DNA of 63,258 nucleotides, filler included, from Perkinsus chesapeaki ATCC PRA-425 (Eukaryota; Protista; Perkinsozoa): assembly GCA_013115145.1 (NCBI GenBank). It is 4 parts of 4 records of this genome, joined end to end, with 100 filler letters (N's around TTAATTAATTAA, not from the genome) between each part and the next. Parts side by side here need not be neighbours in the genome. Positions count along the whole stretch, not along the records: positions 1 to 2,112 come from JAAPAO010001676.1; positions 2,213 to 3,787 come from JAAPAO010001885.1; positions 3,888 to 32,258 come from JAAPAO010000474.1; 1 more part is not named here. The stretch is one strand, 5' to 3'. Of the stretch, positions 1 to 11,771 are shown piece after piece. The position numbers were made by a program, and so were the translations under genes. The notes under the pieces are model-generated. The model made no database searches. It was not told the DNA's origin and worked only from the letters and a program-made list of their open reading frames with translations. Positions within the stretch are counted from its first letter, which is position 1. Each line of letters opens with the position of its first letter.

Positions 1-2112
1 TCACAAGAAGACCGTCCTCGTCCACGGCAAGCAAGCACATAACCGACTTGTAGGGTTGTAGACGAGGGTCAAACCAATCTTCCTGTCTCCACCGGTGACG
101 TTGAAGTCGGCGACGAAGCAGGCCGATTAAGGGATCTTCTCGCTGCTCAGCGACCAGAAGGGACTTCTCGAATGGACAGTTAAACGCTACACGATCACGA
201 GAGGCTTGGCCATGTGAATGAGCCATCTGAAGATCTAACAAAGCAGAACCATCAGCGCGCACAAACGGTCGCACAAAGGAGACAGCAGCAGCAGGACCAA
301 GGGCTTCGGGAATAACTTCATCATTCAAATTACTTGAACGGGCCGAAGGAATCCTTGAAAGAGCATCCGCCACAACATTCTCCTTGCCAGGCCGATATTG
401 CACAGTAAACGAGTACTGGCAAAGGCTTAGTATCCAGCGCTGAACCTTGGGAGTCGTAAATTTCTGCATAAAAGTCAGGGGCTTATGGTCAGTGAACACA
501 ATGAACTCAAGAGGATAACCAAGCAGTACATTCCGGAACTTTTCAAGGGACCGAAAAATCGCAAAGGCTTCACGCTCGTACACAGGCCAACGCTTCTGTG
601 TCTCAGTCAACGATTGACTGAAGAAAGAAACGGGCCGACCATCTTGCTCGAGCACCGAGCCTATAGCTATATCGCTGGCATCAGTAATCAACTGAAAGGG
701 CCGAACAAAATCCGGATAGCTTAACAGCGGGAGCGCTGCTAAACCCTCCTTCACGTCCATGAAGGCAGCCTCGTGAACACTAGACCAAACATCCAAGTCA
801 GGCTTCTTGCTCTTACCACTAACCGTTAGCAAATCATAGAGGGGTCTCGTCCGGGCCGAATAGTGCGGCAAGAAACCACGATAATAATTAGCTAAACCGA
901 GGAGGGAGCGCAACTCCGTCGGTGAAGTAGGCGTCGGCCAACGAAGAATAGTATCCACCTTCTTGATGTCAGGGGTCATCGACGTGCTGAAAATAAGCAG
1001 ATCGTCGAGATAACATTTAACAAAAGGAAAATCGCCGACCATCGAATCCATTAAACGCTAGAAAGTAGCAGGCGCGGAAGACAGGCCGAAGGGCATTCTT
1101 AGCCACTCATATAAGGGAAAACCAGGCCCTGGACAGAAAGCTGTCTTGGGCTGGTCTTCGGGCCGAACAGGAACTTGCCAATAGCCACTTCTCAAATCCA
1201 ACGTTGTAAAGAAGTATTGAGAACAGGCGTTGTTGAGAAGGGCCGAAACTTCTTCTCGCCAGCGATGAGGTAAGGGCCGAACATGTTCACAAAGAGGGGG
1301 ACGAGAACCAGTATTAATAACATGCTCCATAGCTTCACAATAGCCGGGCCGAACCGTAAATAGATCCTAAAATTCTCCACAGAGTTCCGCTACGGGCTTC
1401 TGTTCGACAGTAGGAGAAGAGCAAAAATCAGGTAGCTTGATGGAATCATCTGTGAAATCAGGCACAGCAAATCTCAAAGGATCAGTTATCGGGTCGTCCT
1501 GGTGCTCATCCAAATCCTCAAAACCGGGCGGAGGCCAATGTCTAGGCGAGAGTAGTTCCTCGGGTGCTGGCCGGGCCGAAGCCAAGGCCGAAGGCTTCAG
1601 GTCACTCAAGAGGGGTAAACCTTTGTCACGAAGCTCAGCATCCGTAAGTGGCATCACAGCTACCTTGCGACCGGCACCAGCAGGCAAATACTCAGGACAT
1701 GAAAGGTCGAACGAATCGTTAAGGATCTCGTCGTTGCCATCTGGCTCCTTAGTAGAAGGGGCATAGACTTGCACCCTAGAGCTCAAGTTAGCCGCTTGTA
1801 CAGGATGTTCTGTAAACCATGGAATCCGAGGAGCATCTTCAGAAGGCCACCGACCAACGATTCTCGTGGGCGACTCAGAATACCGAATATCCAATCCAAA
1901 GTGGCTGAGGAAGTCATGACCCAAAATGACGTCGTACGCTAGGGAGTCCACCACTAGAGCCGAAACAGGAAAAGGGATCCTTGGATCGCTCTCGCTAGGA
2001 AGAACACCTTTACGAGCGTCTTCAGCATCATACACTTCAACCGAAAGGGAAACCACACCGAGAATCTTACAAATCGAACGATCGATAGTCATTAGAGCAG
2101 GGCCGACCACGG
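1..2112 (-). mobile_element. Ty3/Gypsy LTR retrotransposon pol, decayed (protease-RT-RNase H; continues past the window start)
   Basis: Minus strand: protease C-terminal VILGHDFL, RT motifs [23 protein letters not shown] and YLDDLLI, then W..VHEAAFMDVK..LSYPDF, TDHKPLTF and ENVVADALSR. TAG stop in ATF(Q>*)RLMD, a frameshift after YLDD, and the RT N-terminal region is missing. Confidence 0.93.
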
Positions 2113-2212
2113 NNNNNNNNNNNNNNNNNNNNNNNNNNNNNNNNNNNNNNNNNNNNTTAATTAATTAANNNNNNNNNNNNNNNNNNNNNNNNNNNNNNNN
2201 NNNNNNNNNNNN
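2113..2212. other. Assembly gap with TTAATTAATTAA six-frame-stop linker (2157-2168)
   Basis: N-run flanking an identical 12-mer; the same structure occurs at 3788-3887 and 32259-32358. Confidence 0.95.
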
Positions 2213-3042
2213 ATAAGGGAATTAACAATACCTGCTGAGGAGGCCCTTCTCAATACCTTGTCTACACAATACCTTCTCGCTACCTTGTCTACGCAATACG
2301 CTCTGTGGGCGCAGTCGTGATCGATACGTCGATTGCGTCGATGCACAATAACTTGAGACCTTGGATACGAAAGATGAAGCGTAGGCGAAGCTAACTTCCC
2401 GCCAACACTGTTGGTCCAACAGCACGGATAAAAGATTCCGCGAATCTTCTCTTTGCGACTCGTACCGTACGCGTGCGCATTCAACTAATTCGCACAAAAA
2501 GCGGCTCGCCTGTGACCGACTGCTCTTGTCTACGCGATACCTTGTTCTACACACAAGACTTAGACAGTGCTTGACACTGTGGTGCTAACCGAGGTTTACC
2601 TCTGCTATTGACGATAAATTCCGGAGTCGATCATCGTATTTTCTTTGCAGTTAGTAGAGAAGCTCAGACGTTTTCACGCTTAGGTTTCGGTGACTCAAGT
2701 TGAGTCGGCTTTCTGAATGCAACGCATATTCCGGATGTACGCGCGCGCATTTGGAACGAAACGAAATGCGCATCATATGCAGCGCATGTAACCAAACGCA
2801 CACGTGAATGCAAACTTACATACCACACCGTTCTCCGGAGATCACCCCATACGAACCTCAATGAACAGTGTACTAATTGACACGGTGGTAACATTGGTCA
2901 CGCCCCAACATTAAAATACGGTGATGGCAACGATCTTCTGTCCCGGGCCTTGTCACAATGGTATTCCCCTTCATCCCTCCTTATCAGCTAAAGAAGTTAT
3001 TTGACGGAGAGATCTAACAACTTTAAGCTTTGTGGCAGCGCC

Positions 3043-3787
3043 ATGAGGAGAGTCGCCTGCGCTGTTGTATTTTCCGTCTCGTATGGTTGGAACCAGGACG
3101 CCCACTACGCTGGAGCAAAGCTGGCCGCTGACCTTATGAAACAGGAAGACATTGATGCACTCCTGCAACCTTTTGGCGATCTCACCTACTATATCTCTTG
3201 GCCAGATGCAAATCATCGTCCAGGGTCCTTCGAGGGAGAACCCGACAGGTTTGGCTGGTCGATGGCGAGTCACTTCATTAATTTTCCCCCGGGCCAGAAA
3301 TACGACCGAGATGCTGCCTACAAGTCGAAGACACCTAACGCAGTGAACTCGATGGTGTTCTTCCGTCAGAGGCTCCTGAACTACAAGATCTTTCATGATG
3401 TGGAATACATATGCCCGAAAATGAAGAAATCGGACGAAGCTTTGTACGAAGAAGCGCCCGGATTTGCCAAACCCTCGGTCTTGGAGAGGTTCAAGAGAGA
3501 ATCAACGTACTCTATATCTTACTTTCTCCAGGATGTTCATAACCCCTTCCACTGTGGCAACGCAGATGATAAAGGAGCTTTTGACCATAAGGTTCGATGC
3601 GAGTTCTGCAAGTCCCAGAAGGAGTCTAACATTCACACTGTGTGGGATGCCGACATGTTCGACCATGAGCTTAGAAAGCTCTTCGGTGATAAGTATGTTG
3701 ATCAAATGGCCTCGTTCGAGATTCAACGCTACCCATTTCAAGAGGCTCTTTACTCTATGGTCAAGAAAAGATATGCTCATCTCAAGT
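3043..3787 (+). CDS. S1/P1 family nuclease, secreted, 3' end truncated by gap
   Basis: Signal-like MRRVACAVVFSVSYG followed by mature N-terminal W(NQDA)H, WPD, HFIN, FLQDVHNPFHCG..D and IHTVWD motifs. Open frame up to the N-gap. Confidence 0.9.
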
Positions 3788-3887
3788 NNNNNNNNNNNNN
3801 NNNNNNNNNNNNNNNNNNNNNNNNNNNNNNNTTAATTAATTAANNNNNNNNNNNNNNNNNNNNNNNNNNNNNNNNNNNNNNNNNNNN
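3788..3887. other. Assembly gap with TTAATTAATTAA linker (3832-3843)
   Basis: N-run plus linker. Confidence 0.95.
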
Positions 3888-3941
3888 AATTAACTACTAG
3901 ATTCATCATTACCCTTTACTCTTCAATATTGCGTTTATATC

Positions 3942-4664
3942 ATGACCGATGATCTGCACACTACACCTGACAAGTATGGTCATGGTACACTGATGGCTGG
4001 TGTGCTAGGTGCTACTATTAATAACACTATCGGTATCGCCGGTGTCATGGACCTTGTTAACATCATGCCCATTTCTCTGGAAAATGATGCTACTGATGAA
4101 CCCGAAGCCGATAGCATAGATTACGCTATTCGTAATAAGGATACGAAAGGTGTCAAAATAATTTTAATGGCCATTTCTGGTGAAGTAAGGAGACCAAAGG
4201 TAACGGAAAAGATCAAGGAAGCTGTAGCGGCGGGGCTCCTCGTGATCGTCACTGCTGGAAACCGTGGCTACGATATCACGAAAGACAAGAGATATCCGTG
4301 CGCTCTTACTGAGCATCTACCAGGTATGTTGTGTGTAGCTGCGACAAGAAACACTGAAATGAAGCTTGATACCGTCTCCAACTATGGTGATTACGTTGAC
4401 ATTGCTGCGCCCGGTGTAGACATTCTAACCACTTTTATACAGCAGCCGTACCTTACTTTTCGTGGAACCTCACCGGCAGCTGCCATTGTCGCTGGTGTGG
4501 CTGCAATGCTTTATAGTATTAATCCAACTCTAACTACTGTTGCTGTCAAGGGCATCCTCAAGGATACCTCCAAGAAGGGTATTAAGCAAGGAGGTTCGAA
4601 GACTACCCTTCCATTTGGCTTGCTCGACGCCGATGCAGCTGTGGCGAAGGTGTTATCAAGATAG
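3942..4664 (+). pseudogene. Subtilisin (S8) copy 1, 5'-truncated (catalytic Asp region absent)
   Basis: HGT, AGN and GTSP motifs present. Identity to copy 2 begins abruptly at about 3961; the 73 bp between the gap and that point are unrelated. Could also be a contig-end artefact. Confidence 0.75.
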
Positions 4665-7432
4665 CTCTCAAGATAGCTCTATTATCTTCAAGCTATCTTG
4701 TGTTAGTCATGTTTCGGTAATTTTTTCCATCGTTAGTCGATACTTAGTAAAGCTATAATGCAACAAAACACTGACAGAGTTGAGTCTGAGTGCTTACCTG
4801 ATTTCGAGGCTCGTAGTTACTCCATGGCTTAAAGTAGCTTCGAGCTACTAGTTCGGGTTTTACATTGGCAGCTAATGATTAGCTGGGACCATAGGCTGGT
4901 TCAACTAGCTTTTCTTGCCCCTCAGTCTGGCGCTACAAGTATGGATGCTTCCATCGGGCTCATCTTTATGTAGTCTCTGATATGGTCACATGATACTCGC
5001 ACTACATGTGGGCGTGTGGTCTGTCTAACAACTTCGAAGCACGCCCGTGCTCTCGCTCTTTCGGAGCGCACGCGTGCTAAGATCCCTGTTGACACCCTCC
5101 CTAACTATACGACTTTCACCAACCGTCCGGGGAAGCGGTGTATACGATAGTGTCTGCTCAGCAGTGCTGAGTCAGAACGGATACTATGATTCCTTCATTC
5201 CCATTGAACTCATCTCACAATCACTCCATACGGGTTCGGTACCCAGGTCGGGAGCATTGATCCCGTCCACACCATATTCTAAGACCATTCACGGAACATA
5301 CCCTCGTTTTTCATCTTCCTCGACGTCCAAGATCCTCCATAGGATATCAAATCCACTTCCGATCTCCGTAACTTCCCATCTGGGTGTCGAACTCTGCGGC
5401 GCAGAAGCGACGTTTAAACGACCAAGCGACAAAAAGGTAGACAACGCACACAACAAGCGTGTGTGCGCGAAGGTACTGCAGCTTAGCTAGCCCCCAAGCC
5501 CGCAGTGTATCAGTGAATCATACTACTTGACTATCAATTTTTTTCATTGCCGAGAGGAGGAGCACTGCGATGGCACATTATGTGTTACTCACAGTGATTA
5601 GTCCTTGCGAGAGAATATCGGTGATAAACTTATTCTCCCACGAGCACTGCAATGTTGACCAATCTCCTCTTCTCTGGCAAAGTATCTCTACTCAACGAAT
5701 CTACCCAACCATCCTTTCCCTACAACTGCTATTGAGTTGAGTGTCGCAAAGGAGTTTAGGTTGTCGGCTCATGTGTCAATGGTCTCTTTGATTAGATCAA
5801 CTCAGAGAAATTCGGAACTGGTTCTGGAATCAAGGTCAGGATCATTACTCGGCCTTCTGTGGCGTCGATAGTAAGACGTGCTCAATCCTACGGTAAAATC
5901 AAGGTAAAGAGCAACCTGTCGAGCATCTTTACATAGTTCATACTACTGGCGCTTTGAGGGTTGTACGGTACAACTTGTACCTTTTCCTGCAGCTCCATTG
6001 AAGTTGCTCCAACTCACGTTACTAATGCAGGTCCGTAAGGTGTTACACGTTACCAGGAATGCATTATCGGAAAGTTGTTCTCAAAGGTGTGGAGATATTG
6101 AAGAGCCCCACATCTTCGGTCTCCGGGTAAGATGAGGGCTTTGTTGAGGTTCAGTCAACCTGCTATCCTTGAGACCCTCATTAATTGATCAGATCAATTT
6201 GATCCAACACATCTCATACATTCCTCAACTAAACTGCCATTAGCTAATGCTAGGGTATCTGGCGGTCCGAGTCTGGCCCTGCGCTGGCATTACTGCTCTC
6301 CACCGTGGAGTACCCACTCATCTGTTGGTAGAGTATCGGAAACGTTCTGCTTCTCTTGGCTGAGTTCAATATCAAACAACCTACGGTTGAGCGCGCTCTT
6401 CCTAAAATATTGTATGACACAAGTCTAACGTGTACTCCCTTAATGGGACAGACTGTTCGTGGCGAACGATACGCTTCACCCAGCAGCTTCTCGAGCCGTA
6501 AACGTTGTATCACAGGACTCATGCGTTAACACGGTCGACTTGACAAAGTTAAAGGTTTCACTTACCGCCGCTACTATACGCTGCTTCTTAGTCTCCTCTT
6601 TCATCACTTCTGTGATCCTCGTAAGATCGTCTGTTCGCTTATGTCCAGAAATTCTGAGCTCTACGATCGGATATTTGCGGTTATCAACCATCAGATATTA
6701 TCATAACTAATGACAAATGATGAACACGAAAGTCGGACTTTCAAAGTCCGACAGCGTCTGCAGCGGTCGAAATCGTTTGCAGTTCACACCATAAAAGGTA
6801 CGCAATATGGAGTGTAGACTCGTGTGTAGATTCGGTAGGAAGGTCGAGTAATGACCTGATAAGGGTCACTTGGCCTTGCGAGATTGTCTCAAGAGTTGAA
6901 GCACTTCCCCAGTATTAAGAGACCTAATCGCAAGCTTGATATTAAAATACGGATACAGATGAACCTGGGGTTTTTAGAGATTCAAGGGGCGATCTTATAA
7001 CATGGGACGAAATTTCGAGCTGGAATGGCGCGCGCTCCTACGACGTGCAAGTAGCGCACCTGTGGAAACTGGGGAATCTGGAGCAGTGCTGTTGGTTCAC
7101 AGTGTGAACTTCACACGCGACATAACCGTGCTTTTCGTTCTGGATGACAAGACTTTTGCTGCTGTCTATATTTCAAACAACAACACATTAGTTGATCTTA
7201 ATTAGTCGGAATCGAATTCCAAAATCCGCTGAATCCCCTGTTGAAGGAGATGTCACGTCTGGTAGAGTAGCAGAGATCTTCTCGAGGGATCTGTTAGCGA
7301 TGTCCTACCAATGCGACCTCGACAAAATCGGAAATATTGGGGCAGCCTGGTCCAGGCTGCCTGGATCCACGAGCATTTCTCGTTGAGGAGGGGATACATG
7401 TTGAACTTCCATAGTCGATTCCCCTGTCATAC

Positions 7433-8431
7433 ATGGCCCGTCGCTTCCTCACTATCATTCATCTCATTTGCCGAATAACCACTTTTAGGCAAGCCGGGAC
7501 GGCTGTGTCCGGTTTCGCAAGTGGCTATCCTGTGAACGACCCTTTATACAGGCGTCAGCAGCCATACTTGGAGTTCGCTGGTGTACCGGCAGCTTGGATG
7601 CGTCTGGCTCCCGTCACAGGGAAGAGAAAGAGAGTCACGGTAGCCCTCATCGATAGTGGAGTCAAACGTGACCATGCCGATCTAGTCAAGAACCTTATCG
7701 AGGGTTATAATGTCATAAAGCATACTACTTCTACACCTGACAAGTATGGTCATGGTACACTGATGGCTGGTGTGCTAGGCGCTACTATTAATAACACTAT
7801 CGGTATTGCCGGTGTCATGGACCTTGTTAACATCATGCCCATTTCTCTGGAAAATGATGCTACTGATGAACCCGAAGCCGATAGCATAGATTACGCCATT
7901 CGAAATAAGGATACGAAAGGTGTCAAAATAATTTTAATGGCCATTTCTGGTGAAGTAAGGAGACCAAAGGTAACGGAAAAGATCAAGGAAGCTGTAGCGG
8001 CGGGGCTCCTCGTGATCGTCACTGCTGGAAACCGTGGCTACGATATCACGAAAGACAAGAGGTATCCGTGCGCTCTTACTGAGCATCTACCAGGTATGTT
8101 GTGTGTAGCTGCGACAAGAAACACTGAAATGAAGCTTGATACCGTCTCCAACTATGGTGATTACGTTGACATTGCTGCGCCCGGTGTAGACATTCTAACC
8201 ACTTTTGTACAGCAGCCGTACCATACTTTTCGTGGAACCTCACCGGCAGCTGCCATCGTCGCTGGTGTTGCAGCAATGCTTTATAGTATTAATCCAGTTC
8301 TATCTCCTGTTGCTGTCAAGGCCATTCTCAAGGATACCTCCAAGAAGGGTATCAAGCTCGACGATTCGGATGCTCTTCTATTTGGTTTGGTCGATGCGGA
8401 CGCGGCTGTGGCGAAAGTGTTATCGAGATAG
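7433..8431 (+). CDS. Subtilisin (S8) serine protease copy 2
   Basis: PVNDP, VALIDSG (Asp), HGT (His), TAGN (oxyanion Asn), GTSP (Ser). The true start may lie in upstream prodomain exons (about 7000-7330), because CACTTTTAG at about 7488 resembles a splice acceptor. Confidence 0.92.
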   Translation: MARRFLTIIHLICRITTFRQAGTAVSGFASGYPVNDPLYRRQQPYLEFAGVPAAWMRLAPVTGKRKRVTVALIDSGVKRDHADLVKNLIEGYNVIKHTTSTPDKYGHGTLMAGVLGATINNTIGIAGVMDLVNIMPISLENDATDEPEADSIDYAIRNKDTKGVKIILMAISGEVRRPKVTEKIKEAVAAGLLVIVTAGNRGYDITKDKRYPCALTEHLPGMLCVAATRNTEMKLDTVSNYGDYVDIAAPGVDILTTFVQQPYHTFRGTSPAAAIVAGVAAMLYSINPVLSPVAVKAILKDTSKKGIKLDDSDALLFGLVDADAAVAKVLSR

Positions 8432-9759
8432 CTCTACTATCTCCAAGGAGCGATTTTTCTGACTCATTGTCTGGTCAATTTTTCCGATCGTTAGTTCATC
8501 TTTCATCTTCGGTAAAGCTGTGATACTGACACGTAACACTGATAGGGTTGTGTTTAAGTGTTTATATGATTTAAACCAAAAGCCTAGGCTTGGCTCTTGG
8601 CCATCAGACGCCCTTAGAGTTGTGTACAGAAGGCTCACAATAGAGAAATGAATGCTTGCTTGCAGGGCAAGGGCAGAGCTGAGGTGAGCGCGCTCCCCAT
8701 GTCCTAGAAAAAGATGGCAAGAGGCGGGAGAGAAAAGCTCCTATGAGAGCGGTCAACATGGAGTTTCTTCTTTGCGCAACCAGCCTGGTTGAACCAGGGT
8801 ATATAAAACCTACGCAGCTTGCACAATTGCTACGTGTGTTTGCACACGATGCGATCAGTTCGCCACAGGGGTGTTCGCTCGCCCCGCGCAGCGGTTTCTG
8901 GGTGCTACCGGATCTCTAGTTGCGGTCGCTGTTTCCATATTTTTTTAACCGGGTCTCTATAGGCCTCACGCCCGTCTCATCTTATATCCCTATACTCTCC
9001 TCTCGGGAGTTCACATGTCCGACTGTGTATATCTATTCCCGCACTCCGGCGTGAAGGTTTCTCATGTGATATATAGTGTCTGTCTTGTGTCACCCCAGTG
9101 GGTACCGGGCTAGTTGGATCAAATCTCGTTCATCTAGGCGGAGCGAAGCGGCCCCTAAAACGAATTTACCCGTGTCATACTTTGCAGGTTGAACTGAACG
9201 GAAACTTTCTTAGCAAAACCTTGGGAAATTCATGTCAGTCATCAGGAAGCAGTTATCAAGGAGTTTCTAGGATCACATGAACTGCAATAGGCATCACCCA
9301 TTTCGTTACTTCACAGTGATCCGATGAAGAAGGCTAGAGATTGATTACTGTGCACCCCTTCACTATTGCTAACACCGTTACCTACCATCCGGAGTATTGC
9401 GCCGTATAGCTGCTAACACAGAAGCCTGTAGAATCTACGATTGTGCTTTAGCTTAACAGTGATGCTGTTATACTCCAAGTCTCTCGGTTTTTGGCTTCAT
9501 CTCCCCCTTTCTTTATCGTGTTACACCAAATATTGTGTGAAGCGTGAAATAGCTCACTATTCATTCGGGTTAGGGCAGTTATCAACTTTGGCGGATCCCG
9601 CTCAACCCGGCGTGCTGCGAGGTATCTATTGGTTGTGCGCGAACTGTGATGCCATCGGCTTGAAATTCGGCGGCTGCCTTATGCAGTAACATGAACTGTA
9701 TGCCACTACAGGCCGCCGTACGCCTGTTTTCCGTGTCGTTTCCGGGAGGTGTCAGTGTC

Positions 9760-9836
9760 GCCTGCCACGCCAGGTTAACACCTATATAGTCCTGTGACTC
9801 GCAGGACTATATAGGTGTCAACCTGGCGTGGCAGGC
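9760..9836. repeat. 77-bp palindrome: 38-bp arms, 1-nt centre, 2 transition mismatches
   Basis: Left arm gcctgccacgccaggttaacacctatatagtcctgtga, centre C9798, right arm its reverse complement. Confidence 0.95.
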
Positions 9837-11482
9837 TGTGACAATTTAATGGCCACCATTGTGGTGTACAGCATTGGCCTACAATGAGCAAGCGGTACGT
9901 CACCCGGTGAGTCACCGGCGGTGACTTACACCACTTGTCTCATCTTCTCCCAAACTCCTCGCAAAGGAAGCGGTTTTAGTGAGCCGCAAAAGCGCATTCG
10001 CCTGCGCGAGCATTTACCCATTATTTCAGTACGGTCCTTGGATGCGCATCACGTGACGTTATTCACGTCGTGAGATGGTGTAGAAAGCTATGAGTGGTGA
10101 AGCCCGAGCCGGGCTTCATGCCGACATGTCGGGCTGTCCGACATGTGCAGCTGGGTTCCTGCATCGCCTGCATGCCTCAGTAACTGCATCGGCTCTCCTC
10201 TCAACTATCGCTTGCACCATTCTCAAGCATAGCCCGGCATTAAGAAAGCTATTCAAAGACAAGTGAAATTTTGCATGTTGTGATGCTGATGAGTGATATT
10301 CTCATATGTACCATGGGATACTCTGTATCTGCTACGTTAATTAACAGTTCAATTCGATTTGGATTTCTGTGCAGCTGGATACATGTAAGATAAGTTCAGC
10401 AGTCGCATCATTTCTAATATTGCGAAAGAGTGGCGCGCAGCAATCAATAGGGCCGGCCACTGCGTCTGCGTGCAAACTCTAAACTCGCTGATAAAGTTCT
10501 GCATGCTCACGGGTCGACTTAGAGCGGAAGATCCATAGTATCGTAACTTATCACCTCAAGCTAGATGATTCGATAGGCTATTAGTAATAGCTTATGACAA
10601 TCCATTCAGCTTTTTCCGCTGTAACGACTCAGGGAACAAGAAAAGTGAAATTGGTGAGTGCCGGTTTTCTGGAAATTCGGTCACCAAGATCGTCAATCGC
10701 GTGAGACTCCTGCAATTGCAGACATGCGCTCATAGTATGATGTACTTAATTGTCACAGTCTTTTTACGTGGTTAGTAATGTGACATTTCACCTACACAAA
10801 CAAACCCAGCACATGGCGCACATCTCCCTCAATGGAACACGCCGCTCCATCCTCATCATGATAGTCGCATTTTATATAGTAAAACAGGATAACCATCATC
10901 CTCGTGGCTCATGCAGGGTGCGAATCTAGAATATCAGACATCGCCACTTCTGGTGGATGGTCAAAATGTGGAGTGCAAGATCGACCATTTTCGAGACAAT
11001 GGATAGAGCCGTGAGGAGATGCGTGCTCCACGAGTTCCATCCACGCGAATGACCTCATTACTCTATAAGAGCCCTCTTCGTCGTGCTGGGCGACACAATT
11101 TATGAGGAATGACGCTTCCGAAACAACGGCAGATAGATTCTTGAGCGTGATCCATAGTTCGGTAACCGAACACCACTGTACCTTAGCTCAGCCTGAACGA
11201 CGAGAGGCTCCATCGTGGAGCAAGAGTGATGTCGGTAAGCCAGTAGTTGGCTCCTCCTTTATGTATGTGGAATCACTTCCTCAACATCGCCTCTCTCATT
11301 TGCCGAATTGCAACTGTTAGGCAAGTCGATAGAGAAGTTAGGCTCGGTGTGCAAGAATAGGCAGTCTACTATGTATGATGACAAACACAATTATTACTGT
11401 CCCCATTTAACACAACACAATTGTCCCTAATTATTATTCTAGCTTGTTATAAAGCTTAGTAGTTGTACACTTACTAAAGTAT

Positions 11483-11771
11483 GTGATTAGAAGGAGTTAG
11501 ACTATTGTTGTTTATTCAAGGTTTTATTCCCATTCGTATATTGTACTAGAATTAGCCAACTCGACTCCACCTTTCCGCTTCGGAATAGTATCACTGAATA
11601 ATGAATTGTTGGACATTACACAGGAGTGATTATACGAATGGGAATAAACACTTGAATAAACAACAATAGTCTAACTCCTTCTAATCACTCCTGTGTAATG
11701 TCCAACAATTCATTATTCAGTGATACTATTCCGAAGCGGAAAGGTGGAGTCGAGCTGGCTAATTCTAGTAC
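11483..11771. repeat. Interleaved inverted repeats A-B-A'-B'
   Basis: A 11483-11540 pairs with A' 11631-11688; B 11543-11632 pairs with B' 11682-11771 (1 mismatch in about 90 bp). Confidence 0.92.

Noticed and set aside
1437-2168. Plus-strand ORFs over pol, and similar shadow ORFs at 13474-14346 and 29948-30157
   Set aside because: Antisense to recognised coding sequence.
2213-2910. Possible 5' LTR of the Gypsy element (TG start on minus at 2910, internal 28-bp-period repeats)
   Set aside because: Separated from pol by a linker gap; no second LTR or convincing primer-binding site to confirm it.
8620-9300. Possible solo LTR (TATA-like gtatataaaa at about 8800)
   Set aside because: No defined termini, TSD or partner copy.
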